Source: Escherichia phage vB_EcoM_HZ_ZJUN4
Reading direction: 5' to 3' (one strand)
DNA: 64,000 nucleotides
Sequence record: PP216085
Below the pieces are notes generated by a model. The model made no database searches, was not told the origin of the DNA, and saw only the letters and a program-made list of their open reading frames with translations. The position numbers and the translations under genes were made by a program. The first letter of the stretch is position 1. Every line of letters starts with the position of its first letter. Of this stretch, positions 1 through 8,585 are shown one piece after another.

Positions 1-1566
1 AAAGGAATGCTTGAGAACGGGTTTAAGCTTGGTAATGCACAGATTGAAACCCCTAAATCAATCGGCGTTGCTACTGCAATTATGGCACAAATTACTGCAC
101 AGGTTGCTTCCCATCAATACGGTGGAACGACTTTTGCGAATGTAGATAAAGTCCTTTCTCCTTATGTTAAACGCACCTATGCAAAACATATTGAAGACGC
201 GGAAAAATGGCAAATCACTGATGCGTTGAATTATGCCCAATCTAAAACAGAAAAAGATGTATACGATGCGTTCCAAGCTTATGAATATGAAGTAAATACT
301 CTCTTTAGTTCAAACGGACAAACGCCTTTTGTAACAATTACATTTGGTACGGGAACTGACTGGACTGAACGAATGATTCAGAAAGCAATTCTGAAAAATC
401 GTATTAAAGGTCTTGGTCGTGACGGGATAACTCCTATTTTCCCTAAACTTGTTATGTTCGTTGAAGAAGGTGTTAATCTTTATAAAGACGATCCGAACTA
501 TGATATTAAGCAGCTTGCTCTAGAGTGTGCAAGCAAAAGAATGTATCCTGATATTATTTCAGCTAAGAACAATAAAGCTATCACCGGTTCATCTATTCCT
601 GTTTCTCCAATGGGTTGCCGTAGTTTCTTGAGCGTATGGAAAGATTCGACTGGTAATGAAATTCTTGATGGACGTAATAATCTTGGTGTTGTAACACTGA
701 ATCTTCCTCGCATTGCACTAGATTCTTATATTGGAACACAGTTCAATGAACAGAAATTTGCCGAATTGTTCAATGAGAGAATGGATTTATGTTTTGAAGC
801 ATTGATGTGTAGAATTAGTTCCTTAAAAGGAGTTAAAGCTACTGTTGCTCCTATTCTTTACCAAGAAGGTGCATTCGGGGTTCGTCTTAAACCTGATGAC
901 GATATAATTGAGTTATTTAAAAACGGTAGAAGTTCAGTGTCCCTAGGATACATTGGTATTCACGAATTGAATATTCTTGTCGGTCGTGATATTGGACAAG
1001 AAATTTTAACTAAAATGAATACTCATCTTAAGCAGTGGACTGAAAGAACCGGTTTTGCTTTTAGCTTGTATTCTACTCCTGCTGAAAACCTGTGCTATCG
1101 CTTCTGTAAACTTGATACTGAGAAATATGGAAGTGTAAAAGATGTTACTGATAAAGGATGGTACACTAATAGTTTCCATGTTTCAGTAGAAGAAAATATC
1201 ACTCCGTTTGAAAAGATTTCTCGTGAAGCACCATATCATTTCATTGCGACAGGTGGTCACATTTCTTATGTTGAACTTCCTGATATGAAAAATAACTTAA
1301 AAGGTCTTGAGGCTGTATGGGATTATGCTGCGCAACATTTAGATTATTTTGGCGTTAACATGCCAGTAGATAAATGTTTTACGTGTGGAAGTACCCATGA
1401 AATGACTCCTACTGAAAACGGATTTGTTTGTTCTATTTGTGGAGAAACTGATCCTAAAAAGATGAACACAATAAGAAGAACTTGTGGTTATTTGGGAAAT
1501 CCGAATGAACGCGGATTTAATCTTGGCAAAAATAAAGAAATCATGCATAGGGTTAAACACCAATGA
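1..1566 (+). CDS. nrdD: anaerobic ribonucleoside-triphosphate reductase NrdD, C-terminal ~520 codons (5' end upstream of window)
   Basis: ORF runs from window edge; C-terminal glycyl-radical motif RRTCGYLGN and Zn-ribbon CFTCGS..CSICGE; followed by nrdG as in T-even phages; no intron in visible part. Confidence 0.9.
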   Translation, partial: KGMLENGFKLGNAQIETPKSIGVATAIMAQITAQVASHQYGGTTFANVDKVLSPYVKRTYAKHIEDAEKWQITDALNYAQSKTEKDVYDAFQAYEYEVNTLFSSNGQTPFVTITFGTGTDWTERMIQKAILKNRIKGLGRDGITPIFPKLVMFVEEGVNLYKDDPNYDIKQLALECASKRMYPDIISAKNNKAITGSSIPVSPMGCRSFLSVWKDSTGNEILDGRNNLGVVTLNLPRIALDSYIGTQFNEQKFAELFNERMDLCFEALMCRISSLKGVKATVAPILYQEGAFGVRLKPDDDIIELFKNGRSSVSLGYIGIHELNILVGRDIGQEILTKMNTHLKQWTERTGFAFSLYSTPAENLCYRFCKLDTEKYGSVKDVTDKGWYTNSFHVSVEENITPFEKISREAPYHFIATGGHISYVELPDMKNNLKGLEAVWDYAAQHLDYFGVNMPVDKCFTCGSTHEMTPTENGFVCSICGETDPKKMNTIRRTCGYLGNPNERGFNLGKNKEIMHRVKHQ

Positions 1567-2402
1567 ATTACGATAGATTTTATCCCTGTGATTTTGTGAA
1601 TGATAAATTATCTTTAATATTTGAAGAAAATAATGATTTACTATTGTCATATGTTGATTTGATAACAAAAAATTATAATAATCCTAAAATAAAAGGAAAA
1701 ACGGAAGCACATCACGTGCTTCCCAAATCTATATTTCCCGAATATAAAACAGATAAATGGAATATTGTTAATTTGTCATATTATGACCACGCGTTAGCTC
1801 ATTACTATTTAGCTAAAACAAGTAATAGTAAAATGTGTTATGCCTTTCATAGAATGATAAACTCGAATACCGATAGATTTAATACAGATGAATTGGATGA
1901 AATTCTTAAATTGTATTCCAGTGAAAAGGAATTATTTCACCGCTCTATGTCAAAATTATCGAAAAATATATGGAAGGATGACGATTTTAGAAAAAGACAT
2001 AGAGAACTAACTAAGTTAGCAATGCAAAAACCTGAAGTTAGAAATAAAACTTTATTAAATTTGTCAAATGCAATGAAAACTGACGAAGTTAGAAATAAAA
2101 TTTCCAGGCTAACTAAGTTAGCAATGCAAAAACCTGAAGTAAAAGAAAAACATAGAAATTCATTGAGGTTGGCGTATGCAAATCCTGAGGTTATGAAAAG
2201 AAAACATCAACGTCTTCGAGAAAAATATACTCTTAATTTATTTGGCGCATATAAAGATGGTGTTCTTTTAAAAACATTTAATTATATACCAGACGCAGCA
2301 AAATATTTTAATATTTCTAGCAAAGGAAATATTTTAAAATGTTTAAATGGCGAACGTAAAAGTGTTGAAGGCTATAATTGGAAATATATAAATGAATTAT
2401 GA
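1563..2402 (+). CDS. HNH-family homing endonuclease-like protein (Mob-like)
   Basis: 279-aa ORF with HH..N..H core (EAHHVLPKS...NLSYYDHALAHYYL) resembling T4 Mob HNH proteins; ATGA overlap with nrdD stop; first 13 codons near-identical to nrdG start; internal repeated DNA-binding-like motifs. Confidence 0.65.
   Translation: MNYDRFYPCDFVNDKLSLIFEENNDLLLSYVDLITKNYNNPKIKGKTEAHHVLPKSIFPEYKTDKWNIVNLSYYDHALAHYYLAKTSNSKMCYAFHRMINSNTDRFNTDELDEILKLYSSEKELFHRSMSKLSKNIWKDDDFRKRHRELTKLAMQKPEVRNKTLLNLSNAMKTDEVRNKISRLTKLAMQKPEVKEKHRNSLRLAYANPEVMKRKHQRLREKYTLNLFGAYKDGVLLKTFNYIPDAAKYFNISSKGNILKCLNGERKSVEGYNWKYINEL
2007..2143 (+). repeat. direct repeat of ~34 bp (ctaactaagttagcaatgcaaaaacctgaagt) about 100 bp apart inside the HNH gene
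   Basis: Two near-identical copies starting at 2007 and 2109 encoding LTKLAMQKPEV; gaagttagaaataaa also recurs. Confidence 0.8.
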
Positions 2403-2862
2403 CAGAATATACCCGTGCTGCTTTGTGAATGGCCCTGGATGCAGGACCGTTCTTTTCGTTACAGGTTGTTTGCATAAATGTGAAGGGTGTTATAATAAAT
2501 CAACATGGAATGCTAGAAATGGCGTTCCATTCACTGGTGAAACACTGGAACAATTAATTAAATGTTTGAATAATGATTATATAGAAGGATTAACTATAAC
2601 TGGAGGAGACCCTCTTTATCCTGATAACCGAGATGTTGTTCATTGCATTGTTCAAACAGTAAAAAATCTTTATCCAAATAAAAGCATTTGGTTGTGGACA
2701 GGATATAAGTTTGAAGATATTAAACAACTAGAAATGCTTAAATATGTTGATGTTATTATTGATGGGAAGTATGAGAAAAATCTTCCGACCAAAAAGCTGT
2801 GGCGAGGTTCAGATAATCAGCGACTTTGGTCAAATACCGATGGGGTGTGGAAACATGATTAA
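2392..2862 (+). CDS. nrdG: anaerobic ribonucleotide reductase activating protein (radical SAM)
   Basis: 156 aa; radical-SAM cysteine motif CLHKCEGC; position after nrdD. Confidence 0.9.
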   Translation: MNYDRIYPCCFVNGPGCRTVLFVTGCLHKCEGCYNKSTWNARNGVPFTGETLEQLIKCLNNDYIEGLTITGGDPLYPDNRDVVHCIVQTVKNLYPNKSIWLWTGYKFEDIKQLEMLKYVDVIIDGKYEKNLPTKKLWRGSDNQRLWSNTDGVWKHD

Positions 2863-2952
2863 ACTGAATTATATTATTGATACTATAAATGATATGATTT
2901 TTCATTTTGGTCCAGAATTTTATTCGCAGTATAGTTTAGTACTTATCAATGC

Positions 2953-3192
2953 TTGGTTAATCAATTAAGGGTAAATATGTATAAATTTCGTAAAGGTTTA
3001 GCTGATTTTCTTACAACTGTAACGTTCTTTTTGTTTATGGCAGTTGGTGCTATTTTTCTTATTCCTTTTATTGCTATATTTTTCGTGATTAGTTTGATTT
3101 CTCCAGAAAAAGGACTGTCTTCTAGCGAGTTCAATGAACGCCTGGATAAAATTACTAATAAGCTGAATGCTGTTCTTGATAAAAAGGATTAA
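2953..3192 (+). CDS. hypothetical small membrane protein
   Basis: 79-aa ORF with long hydrophobic segment. Confidence 0.5.
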   Translation: MVNQLRVNMYKFRKGLADFLTTVTFFLFMAVGAIFLIPFIAIFFVISLISPEKGLSSSEFNERLDKITNKLNAVLDKKD

Positions 3193-3194
3193 TT

Positions 3195-3506
3195 ATGATT
3201 AGTTTTGAGCGGTATGTGGTAGAGAGTTGGAAAGGTTTTGATATGTTCGGTAATGACTATTATTTTTACGAATGTAATCTAAATCCTAGTTTTTGGGCTG
3301 GACGTGAACGAGATCTCGAAGAAATTAATGCTCGTGCCGAATTGTTAGGTGAACTACCTACGGTTTATTTTACCTTTGATGCATCTGGATTTGTTATCCA
3401 GGTTTATTTTCCTGAAGAAAACTCTGGTGAGGATTCTGTTAACCCGCCATACTGGGCTTATCAAGGAATTATTTCTCGTGGAACAAAACTCGAACTTAAA
3501 GAATAA
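3195..3506 (+). CDS. hypothetical protein
   Basis: 103-aa ORF, protein-like composition, tightly packed with neighbours. Confidence 0.5.
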   Translation: MISFERYVVESWKGFDMFGNDYYFYECNLNPSFWAGRERDLEEINARAELLGELPTVYFTFDASGFVIQVYFPEENSGEDSVNPPYWAYQGIISRGTKLELKE

Positions 3507-3801
3507 GATTGAAGTCTATGGAATTCCAGATGAAGTAGGTCGTTGTCCTGGATGTCAATCAGTTACAAAACTTCTAAAGGAGCTCAATGCTCCTTTTACT
3601 TTCTATAAAGTTCTTACAAATAATGGTAAGATCGAGTATGATCGTCCATTGATTGTATCTCTTGCTAAACGCGCTGGATTCACATCTCTTAACATTCGTT
3701 ATCCAGTCATTTTCATCAATGATTCTAGACAAAAGAACATTAAACACTTCAAAGAAACTCTCATTTCACTTGGATATGATAGAGATATCATAGAAGACTA
3801 A
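3478..3801 (+). CDS. nrdH: glutaredoxin-like protein (NrdH-like); start codon uncertain (GTG 3478 proposed, ATT 3508 possible)
   Basis: IEVYGIPDEVGRCPGCQS thioredoxin-fold CxxC motif; no in-frame ATG upstream of the motif outside the overlapping upstream ORF; AAGGAA 9 nt before GTG 3478. Confidence 0.5.
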   Translation: MEQNSNLKNKIEVYGIPDEVGRCPGCQSVTKLLKELNAPFTFYKVLTNNGKIEYDRPLIVSLAKRAGFTSLNIRYPVIFINDSRQKNIKHFKETLISLGYDRDIIED

Positions 3802-3804
3802 GAC

Positions 3805-3825
3805 GGGCCCTCTGGGCCTTTCTTT
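3805..3825 (+). terminator. putative hairpin terminator (ggccc tct gggcc + U-rich)
   Basis: Short GC stem followed by tttctttc. Confidence 0.35.
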
Positions 3826-3892
3826 CTCGCATTCTGTATATTACCATTCTAAGCTATCGTTCCCTTCTTATCATTCCCTAAAATAATTTCAC

Positions 3893-3930
3893 AAAGTTGT
3901 TTACAAGAAGTTCAAACTGTGGTATTATTA
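3893..3930 (+). promoter_or_regulatory. T4-type early promoter (GTTTAC -35 at 3899-3904, TATTAT -10 at 3923-3928, A-rich upstream)
   Basis: Match to T4 early promoter pattern GTTTAC-N18-TGGTATAAT. Confidence 0.55.
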
Positions 3931-3958
3931 ACATATGAATTGCCTTTGAGGATTTGAT

Positions 3959-4141
3959 ATGGTTGTGGTTGATAAAGAAATTAAAAAGGGACAATATTAT
4001 TTTATTAATGGTAATGTTGTTCGTGTTACTTATGTAAACGGTTTTGAAGTTTATTATCTTATACTCAAGTTACATAAACAGATGATTTGTGATCGTGCTG
4101 TATTTAGTTCAGTTGCTAAGGAAATTAAACTCCATGGGTAA
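3959..4141 (+). CDS. hypothetical protein
   Basis: 60-aa ORF directly downstream of early promoter. Confidence 0.4.
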   Translation: MVVVDKEIKKGQYYFINGNVVRVTYVNGFEVYYLILKLHKQMICDRAVFSSVAKEIKLHG

Positions 4142-4259
4142 AACGTATCGTCGTAAAGATTTAAAAGTACGTGATTATGACTATTTCGGAAAGCGTAAAG
4201 CTCCTGATGGTGTAAGTCATAAAGATATGGTTGAAAACATTTTTCACTCAGATAAATGA
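4134..4259 (+). CDS. hypothetical small basic protein (41 aa)
   Basis: ATG overlapping upstream stop; not in ORF track (below 60 aa). Confidence 0.3.
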   Translation: MGKTYRRKDLKVRDYDYFGKRKAPDGVSHKDMVENIFHSDK

Positions 4260-4350
4260 CGTAGAATGAAAGGCATTGATTCAGAAGTTAAAGATGAGTT
4301 AAATCGTCAATTACGTGGTGAAGTAAGAAAGTTGAAAAAATCAGTTTACA

Positions 4351-4566
4351 TTGACGATGATTTTGATTACAATACTTCTCAACGAGTTGCTAAGCGTAAA
4401 TCAAACGAGTGCTATCGTTACAGCTGAGGAAAATATGAATATCAAACGCATGCTTTTTAAACAGGGATTATATACTTTAAATGTTGCTCCAAAAGGCGAT
4501 ACGACCAAGTGGTCAGTAAATGACTGGATTAAATTTATTGATGAAAACGGTAACTGGAAAATTTAA
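4351..4566 (+). CDS. hypothetical protein
   Basis: 71-aa ORF in 55-proximal small-ORF cluster. Confidence 0.4.
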   Translation: MTMILITILLNELLSVNQTSAIVTAEENMNIKRMLFKQGLYTLNVAPKGDTTKWSVNDWIKFIDENGNWKI

Positions 4567-4767
4567 ATGAATCCTGAATCTAAATTATCGCAACGAATTG
4601 CTGAAGCTCGTCGTCAGTTCTTTGAAAATATGATAGCCCAAGGTATTGATGACGAAGTTTTTCTGAACTGGTTTTGGAATCACAAATATTCAAAATGCGC
4701 AGGAGCAATATTAATATCAGCCGCAATGATGTACGAAGGCTGGAAGGGTGCCAAACAGTTTAGCTAA
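4567..4767 (+). CDS. hypothetical protein
   Basis: 66-aa ORF abutting previous stop, followed by terminator hairpin. Confidence 0.45.
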   Translation: MNPESKLSQRIAEARRQFFENMIAQGIDDEVFLNWFWNHKYSKCAGAILISAAMMYEGWKGAKQFS

Positions 4768-4785
4768 GGGCTTCGGCCCTTTTTG
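4767..4785 (+). terminator. intrinsic terminator hairpin agggcttcggccct + TTTT
   Basis: GC stem with UUCG tetraloop and T run. Confidence 0.6.
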
Positions 4786-4819
4786 GATAATAAAATTTTA
4801 ATGCAATTGAGGATAATGT

Positions 4820-5146
4820 ATGACTATTCAAATTAAAAACGCCATCAATTCTTACGCATATGATAAAGTAGTTTCTTTGCTAGAAAAAGGCGATATTGTA
4901 ACTCCTCAAATTTTGGATAAATGGGAAAAAGAGCTTCATCAGACGATGAAACAGAATGATCAGAAAATTGGACGAAATACTATCCGTGAATTGTTGGTTC
5001 AATATATCTTGTCAGAATTTGATGTTAAAGCTTTTGGCGTAGAATCTAAAGCTTATCAAAAGCATGAAATTTCTGATAAAACTATTCGTCGTATGAAAAA
5101 TCAACGCAAGAAAAAATTTGCTGACCTGAAAATTGCTAAGGTATGA
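4820..5146 (+). CDS. hypothetical protein
   Basis: 108-aa ORF. Confidence 0.45.
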   Translation: MTIQIKNAINSYAYDKVVSLLEKGDIVTPQILDKWEKELHQTMKQNDQKIGRNTIRELLVQYILSEFDVKAFGVESKAYQKHEISDKTIRRMKNQRKKKFADLKIAKV

Positions 5147-5364
5147 ATATGAACGAAGCTCTTATTAACGATTTGCGTCTTGCCGGATATGAAGTAAATA
5201 CAAACGGCATTGGTTTAACTCAAATTGAAGGAAATGGATTCATCCTTGAGTATGAATTTAGCCAATGGTGGTTATACGCTAATTACGGCGAATTGATTGA
5301 ATACGTTGACCAGTTTGATTCACTAGATGCAGCTCTCGAAGCGGCTAAGTTGATGAATGTATGA
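5143..5364 (+). CDS. hypothetical protein
   Basis: 73-aa ORF, ATGA overlap with upstream gene. Confidence 0.45.
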   Translation: MNMNEALINDLRLAGYEVNTNGIGLTQIEGNGFILEYEFSQWWLYANYGELIEYVDQFDSLDAALEAAKLMNV

Positions 5365-5630
5365 AATTTATTAATATTTCTATTACTATTGAAAATTATG
5401 GAATTTTCTATGTTGACCAATACATGAAAATTTCATTTTTCCCAAATAAGACTGGTGTTGGATATTGGGAAAGCCATGTTTCTGAATTAAATGAAAGTGA
5501 ATATGCTAGCACACATGAAAAGTTTTTAGACTTTTTATATCATGCTGATTTAACTAGTCATTACATAGATATTCATGAATTTAAAAAGATGATGGAGAAA
5601 GTGTTCCAAGCATACTGTTTACTTAGATAA
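5361..5630 (+). CDS. hypothetical protein
   Basis: 89-aa ORF, ATGA overlap. Confidence 0.4.
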   Translation: MKFINISITIENYGIFYVDQYMKISFFPNKTGVGYWESHVSELNESEYASTHEKFLDFLYHADLTSHYIDIHEFKKMMEKVFQAYCLLR

Positions 5631-5708
5631 CTGATATCCTCTATGCTTTAAGATAGATCTTCAAATATTATGATATAATAGATCTATGAATTGAGCTAAG
5701 AGGTGAAA

Positions 5709-6266
5709 ATGTCAGAAACTAAGCCTAAATATAATTACGTAAACAATAAAGAGCTTTTACAGGCTATTATTGATTGGAAAACAGAATTAGCAAATAATAA
5801 AGACCCAAATAAAGTAGTTCGTCAGAATGATACTATCGGATTAGCCATTATGCTTATCGCAGAAGGCTTATCTAAACGTTTCAACTTTTCAGGATACACC
5901 CAATCTTGGAAACAAGAAATGATTGCAGATGGTATAGAAGCTTCTATTAAGGGGCTTCATAATTTTGATGAAACGAAATATAAAAACCCACATGCATATA
6001 TAACTCAAGCTTGTTTTAATGCATTCGTCCAACGTATTAAAAAAGAACGTAAGGAAGTTGCAAAGAAATATAGTTACTTCGTTCACAATGTCTATGACAG
6101 TCGTGACGACGATATGGTTGCGTTAGTAGATGAAACTTTTATTCAAGACATCTACGATAAAATGACGCATTACGAAGAATCAACCTATAGAACACCAGGG
6201 GCTGAAAAGAAAAGTGTTGTAGACGATTCTCCTAGTTTGGATTTTTTATATGAGGCTAACGATTAA
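5709..6266 (+). CDS. 55: late-transcription sigma factor gp55
   Basis: [23 protein letters not shown]... recognised as T4 gp55 (185 aa); GAGG SD upstream of ATG 5709. Confidence 0.9.
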
Positions 6267-6468
6267 CCTCTCCGGATTCTTGGAAGAAATACCTGAAGTT
6301 GAAGCTATTCCCTATTTACTTAAAATGTATCTCAGGGAAGTTTTAGCTCTTGACATTGATATTGATCCAGAAAATCCGTATGATACCGCTTTTAAATCTA
6401 ATGGTGTAGAATTAAACTATCGGTATCATTTAACAGATGATGATTTTTATTTTATATTAGAGAAATAA
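6250..6468 (+). CDS. hypothetical protein
   Basis: 72-aa ORF overlapping end of gene 55. Confidence 0.4.
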
Positions 6469-6469
6469 T

Positions 6470-6787
6470 ATGACTGATAAACCCGAAATTAATGATGAAG
6501 TGGAAAAGCTTATTTCTTCTATTGAAGAAAAGAACCGTCTTGAAGCAGAAAGAAAAGCAAATAAGTTATTGTCTAAAAATAAACGCGAACTGAACCGTCT
6601 TTATAAACACGCTCAGATTGCAGCTGAAAACAATAATTTTGCTCAATACGAATATGCTATCAAGAAAAGTCGGGATATTCTAAAACAGCCATATAATGAT
6701 GAACTCATTAGTATTCTTTGGAAGACTACTAGATCGCAGATTGAGGATATGATTGATGCTTACACACGTAAAATTCAAGCGTCTTAA
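6470..6787 (+). CDS. hypothetical protein (coiled-coil-like, charged)
   Basis: 105-aa ORF. Confidence 0.45.
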   Translation: MTDKPEINDEVEKLISSIEEKNRLEAERKANKLLSKNKRELNRLYKHAQIAAENNNFAQYEYAIKKSRDILKQPYNDELISILWKTTRSQIEDMIDAYTRKIQAS

Positions 6788-6959
6788 AATTAATGCAGGA
6801 TTTACTGAATCTTTGAACGGTCATCTTTGTGTGAAAATTTCTGAAAAAGAATACCATGATAGTTCAATTAAAGAAGTTAATCCTCCTATTGTAAGAGCAG
6901 ACCCTAATATGAAAGTGTGGGTTGATTCTTATCAAGTCAAAAAATGGTGGCAACTGTGA
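6753..6959 (+). CDS. hypothetical protein
   Basis: 68-aa ORF. Confidence 0.35.
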   Translation: MMLTHVKFKRLKINAGFTESLNGHLCVKISEKEYHDSSIKEVNPPIVRADPNMKVWVDSYQVKKWWQL

Positions 6960-7152
6960 AAGATGAACACCCAGACTTCTGAAATAGATTATAACAAAAT
7001 TCGTTCCTCTAAAGTAGAAATGATGAGACGCTTTAAAGAGGCTCATGATAAAGCTAAAGCAGAAGGAACTATAACATATAAACGCATAAAATTTAGAAGC
7101 TCTAATGAGCCTCTGTATGGTGTATTATGTGGATAGGAGCTTCGGCTCCTAT

Positions 7153-7178
7153 ATTGCTTTATAAATTTTTGGTAAAAT
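7153..7178 (+). promoter_or_regulatory. candidate MotA-dependent middle promoter (TTGCTTTA box, -10 TAAAAT 12 nt downstream)
   Basis: MotA-box-like sequence with correct spacing upstream of a-gt. Confidence 0.35.
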
Positions 7179-7202
7179 AAACCAAAACAATGAGGATATT
7201 AA

Positions 7203-8405
7203 ATGAAAGTATGTATTTTTATGGCTCGAGGTCTTGAAGGTTGCGGTGTAACTAAATTTTCTCTTGAGCAGCGTGATTGGTTTATTAAAAATGGTCATGA
7301 AGTAACTTTGGTTTATGCTAAAGATAAATCATTTACTCGTAATTGCGCGCATGATTATAAATCATTTTCAATTCCGGTTTTATTGGCAAAAGAATACGAT
7401 AAAACACTTAAGTTGGTAAATGATTGTGATATTCTAATTATCAATTCAGTTCCTGCTACTTCAGTTGAAGAAGACACGATTAATAACTATAAAAAAATTA
7501 TTGATAACATTAAACCTTCGGTTCGTGTTGTAGTTTATCAGCATGACCATTCTTCTCTTTCTTTACGCCGAAATTTGGGATTAGAAGAAACTGTTCGTCG
7601 AGCTGATGTTATTTTTAGCCATTCTGATAATGGCGATTTTAATAAAGTTTTAATGAAAGAATGGTATCCAGAAACTGTTTCACTGTTTGATGATATTGAA
7701 GAAGCACCGACTGTATATAACTTTCAGCCTCCTATGGATATTGCGAAGGTTCGATCAACTTACTGGAAAGATGTTTCTGAAATTAACATGAATATCAACC
7801 GTTGGATTGGTCGTACTACTACATGGAAAGGCTTTTATCAGATGTTTGATTTTCACGAAAAACATCTTAAACCTGCAGGACTAAGTACTATTATGGAAGG
7901 TCTGGAACGTTCTCCAGCGTTCATTCCTATTAAAGAAAAAGGAATTCCATACGAGTATTATCGTCTTCATCAAGTAGACCAAATTAAAATTGCTCCTAAT
8001 TTGCCAACGCAAATTCTCGACCGTTATGTAAATAGCGAAATGCTTGAACGTATGAGTAAATCCGGATTTGGTTATCAGCTGAGTAAATTAGATAAAAAAT
8101 ATCTACAACGTTCTTTAGAATACACTCATCTCGAGCTTGGTGCATGCGGAACAATTCCAGTATTTTGGAAATCTACTGGTGAAAATTTAAAATTCCGTGT
8201 TGATAATACTCCGTTAATTTCTCATGATAGCGGTATCGTTTGGTTTGATGAAAATGACATGAAATCAACATTTGAGCGTATTAAAGAACTGTCATCTGAC
8301 CGAGCTCTTTATGACCGTGAACGTGAAAAAGCTTATGAATTTTTGTATCAGCATCAAGATTCAAGCTTCTGCTTTAAAGAGCAGTTTGACATTATTACAA
8401 AATAA
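7203..8405 (+). CDS. a-gt: DNA alpha-glucosyltransferase
   Basis: 400-aa ORF MKVCIFMARGLEGCGVTKF... recognised as T4 alpha-gt; position upstream of 47. Confidence 0.88.
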   Translation: MKVCIFMARGLEGCGVTKFSLEQRDWFIKNGHEVTLVYAKDKSFTRNCAHDYKSFSIPVLLAKEYDKTLKLVNDCDILIINSVPATSVEEDTINNYKKIIDNIKPSVRVVVYQHDHSSLSLRRNLGLEETVRRADVIFSHSDNGDFNKVLMKEWYPETVSLFDDIEEAPTVYNFQPPMDIAKVRSTYWKDVSEINMNINRWIGRTTTWKGFYQMFDFHEKHLKPAGLSTIMEGLERSPAFIPIKEKGIPYEYYRLHQVDQIKIAPNLPTQILDRYVNSEMLERMSKSGFGYQLSKLDKKYLQRSLEYTHLELGACGTIPVFWKSTGENLKFRVDNTPLISHDSGIVWFDENDMKSTFERIKELSSDRALYDREREKAYEFLYQHQDSSFCFKEQFDIITK

Positions 8406-8420
8406 AGGGCTTCGGCCCTT
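8405..8420 (+). terminator. hairpin aagggcttcggccctt
   Basis: GC stem with UUCG loop directly after a-gt stop. Confidence 0.55.
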
Positions 8421-8446
8421 TAGCTTTATACGGAGTTTGATATAAT
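8421..8446 (+). promoter_or_regulatory. candidate middle promoter (tAGCTTTA box 8421-8428, TATAAT 8441-8446)
   Basis: Same hairpin-box-TATAAT architecture recurs at 39301-39341. Confidence 0.4.
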
Positions 8447-8585
8447 GATATTTCTTGGATATGTGATACTTTTTCTTGCATTTTATCTATTTGCTAGAGC
8501 ATGTTGGATTGGGTTCTTTAGCACTCCAGATGGATTTATTTCAATAATTTTATTTTGCATTTCAATGACGGTTCTTGATATATGA
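8445..8585 (+). CDS. hypothetical small hydrophobic protein (46 aa)
   Basis: GGAG SD before ATG; stop overlaps gene 47 start; not in ORF track. Confidence 0.3.
   Translation: MIFLGYVILFLAFYLFARACWIGFFSTPDGFISIILFCISMTVLDI

Noticed and set aside
58-1668. Minus-strand ORFs (72, 71 and 109 aa) overlapping nrdD and the HNH gene
   Set aside because: Antisense to nrdD; no start signals; typical AT-rich spurious frames.
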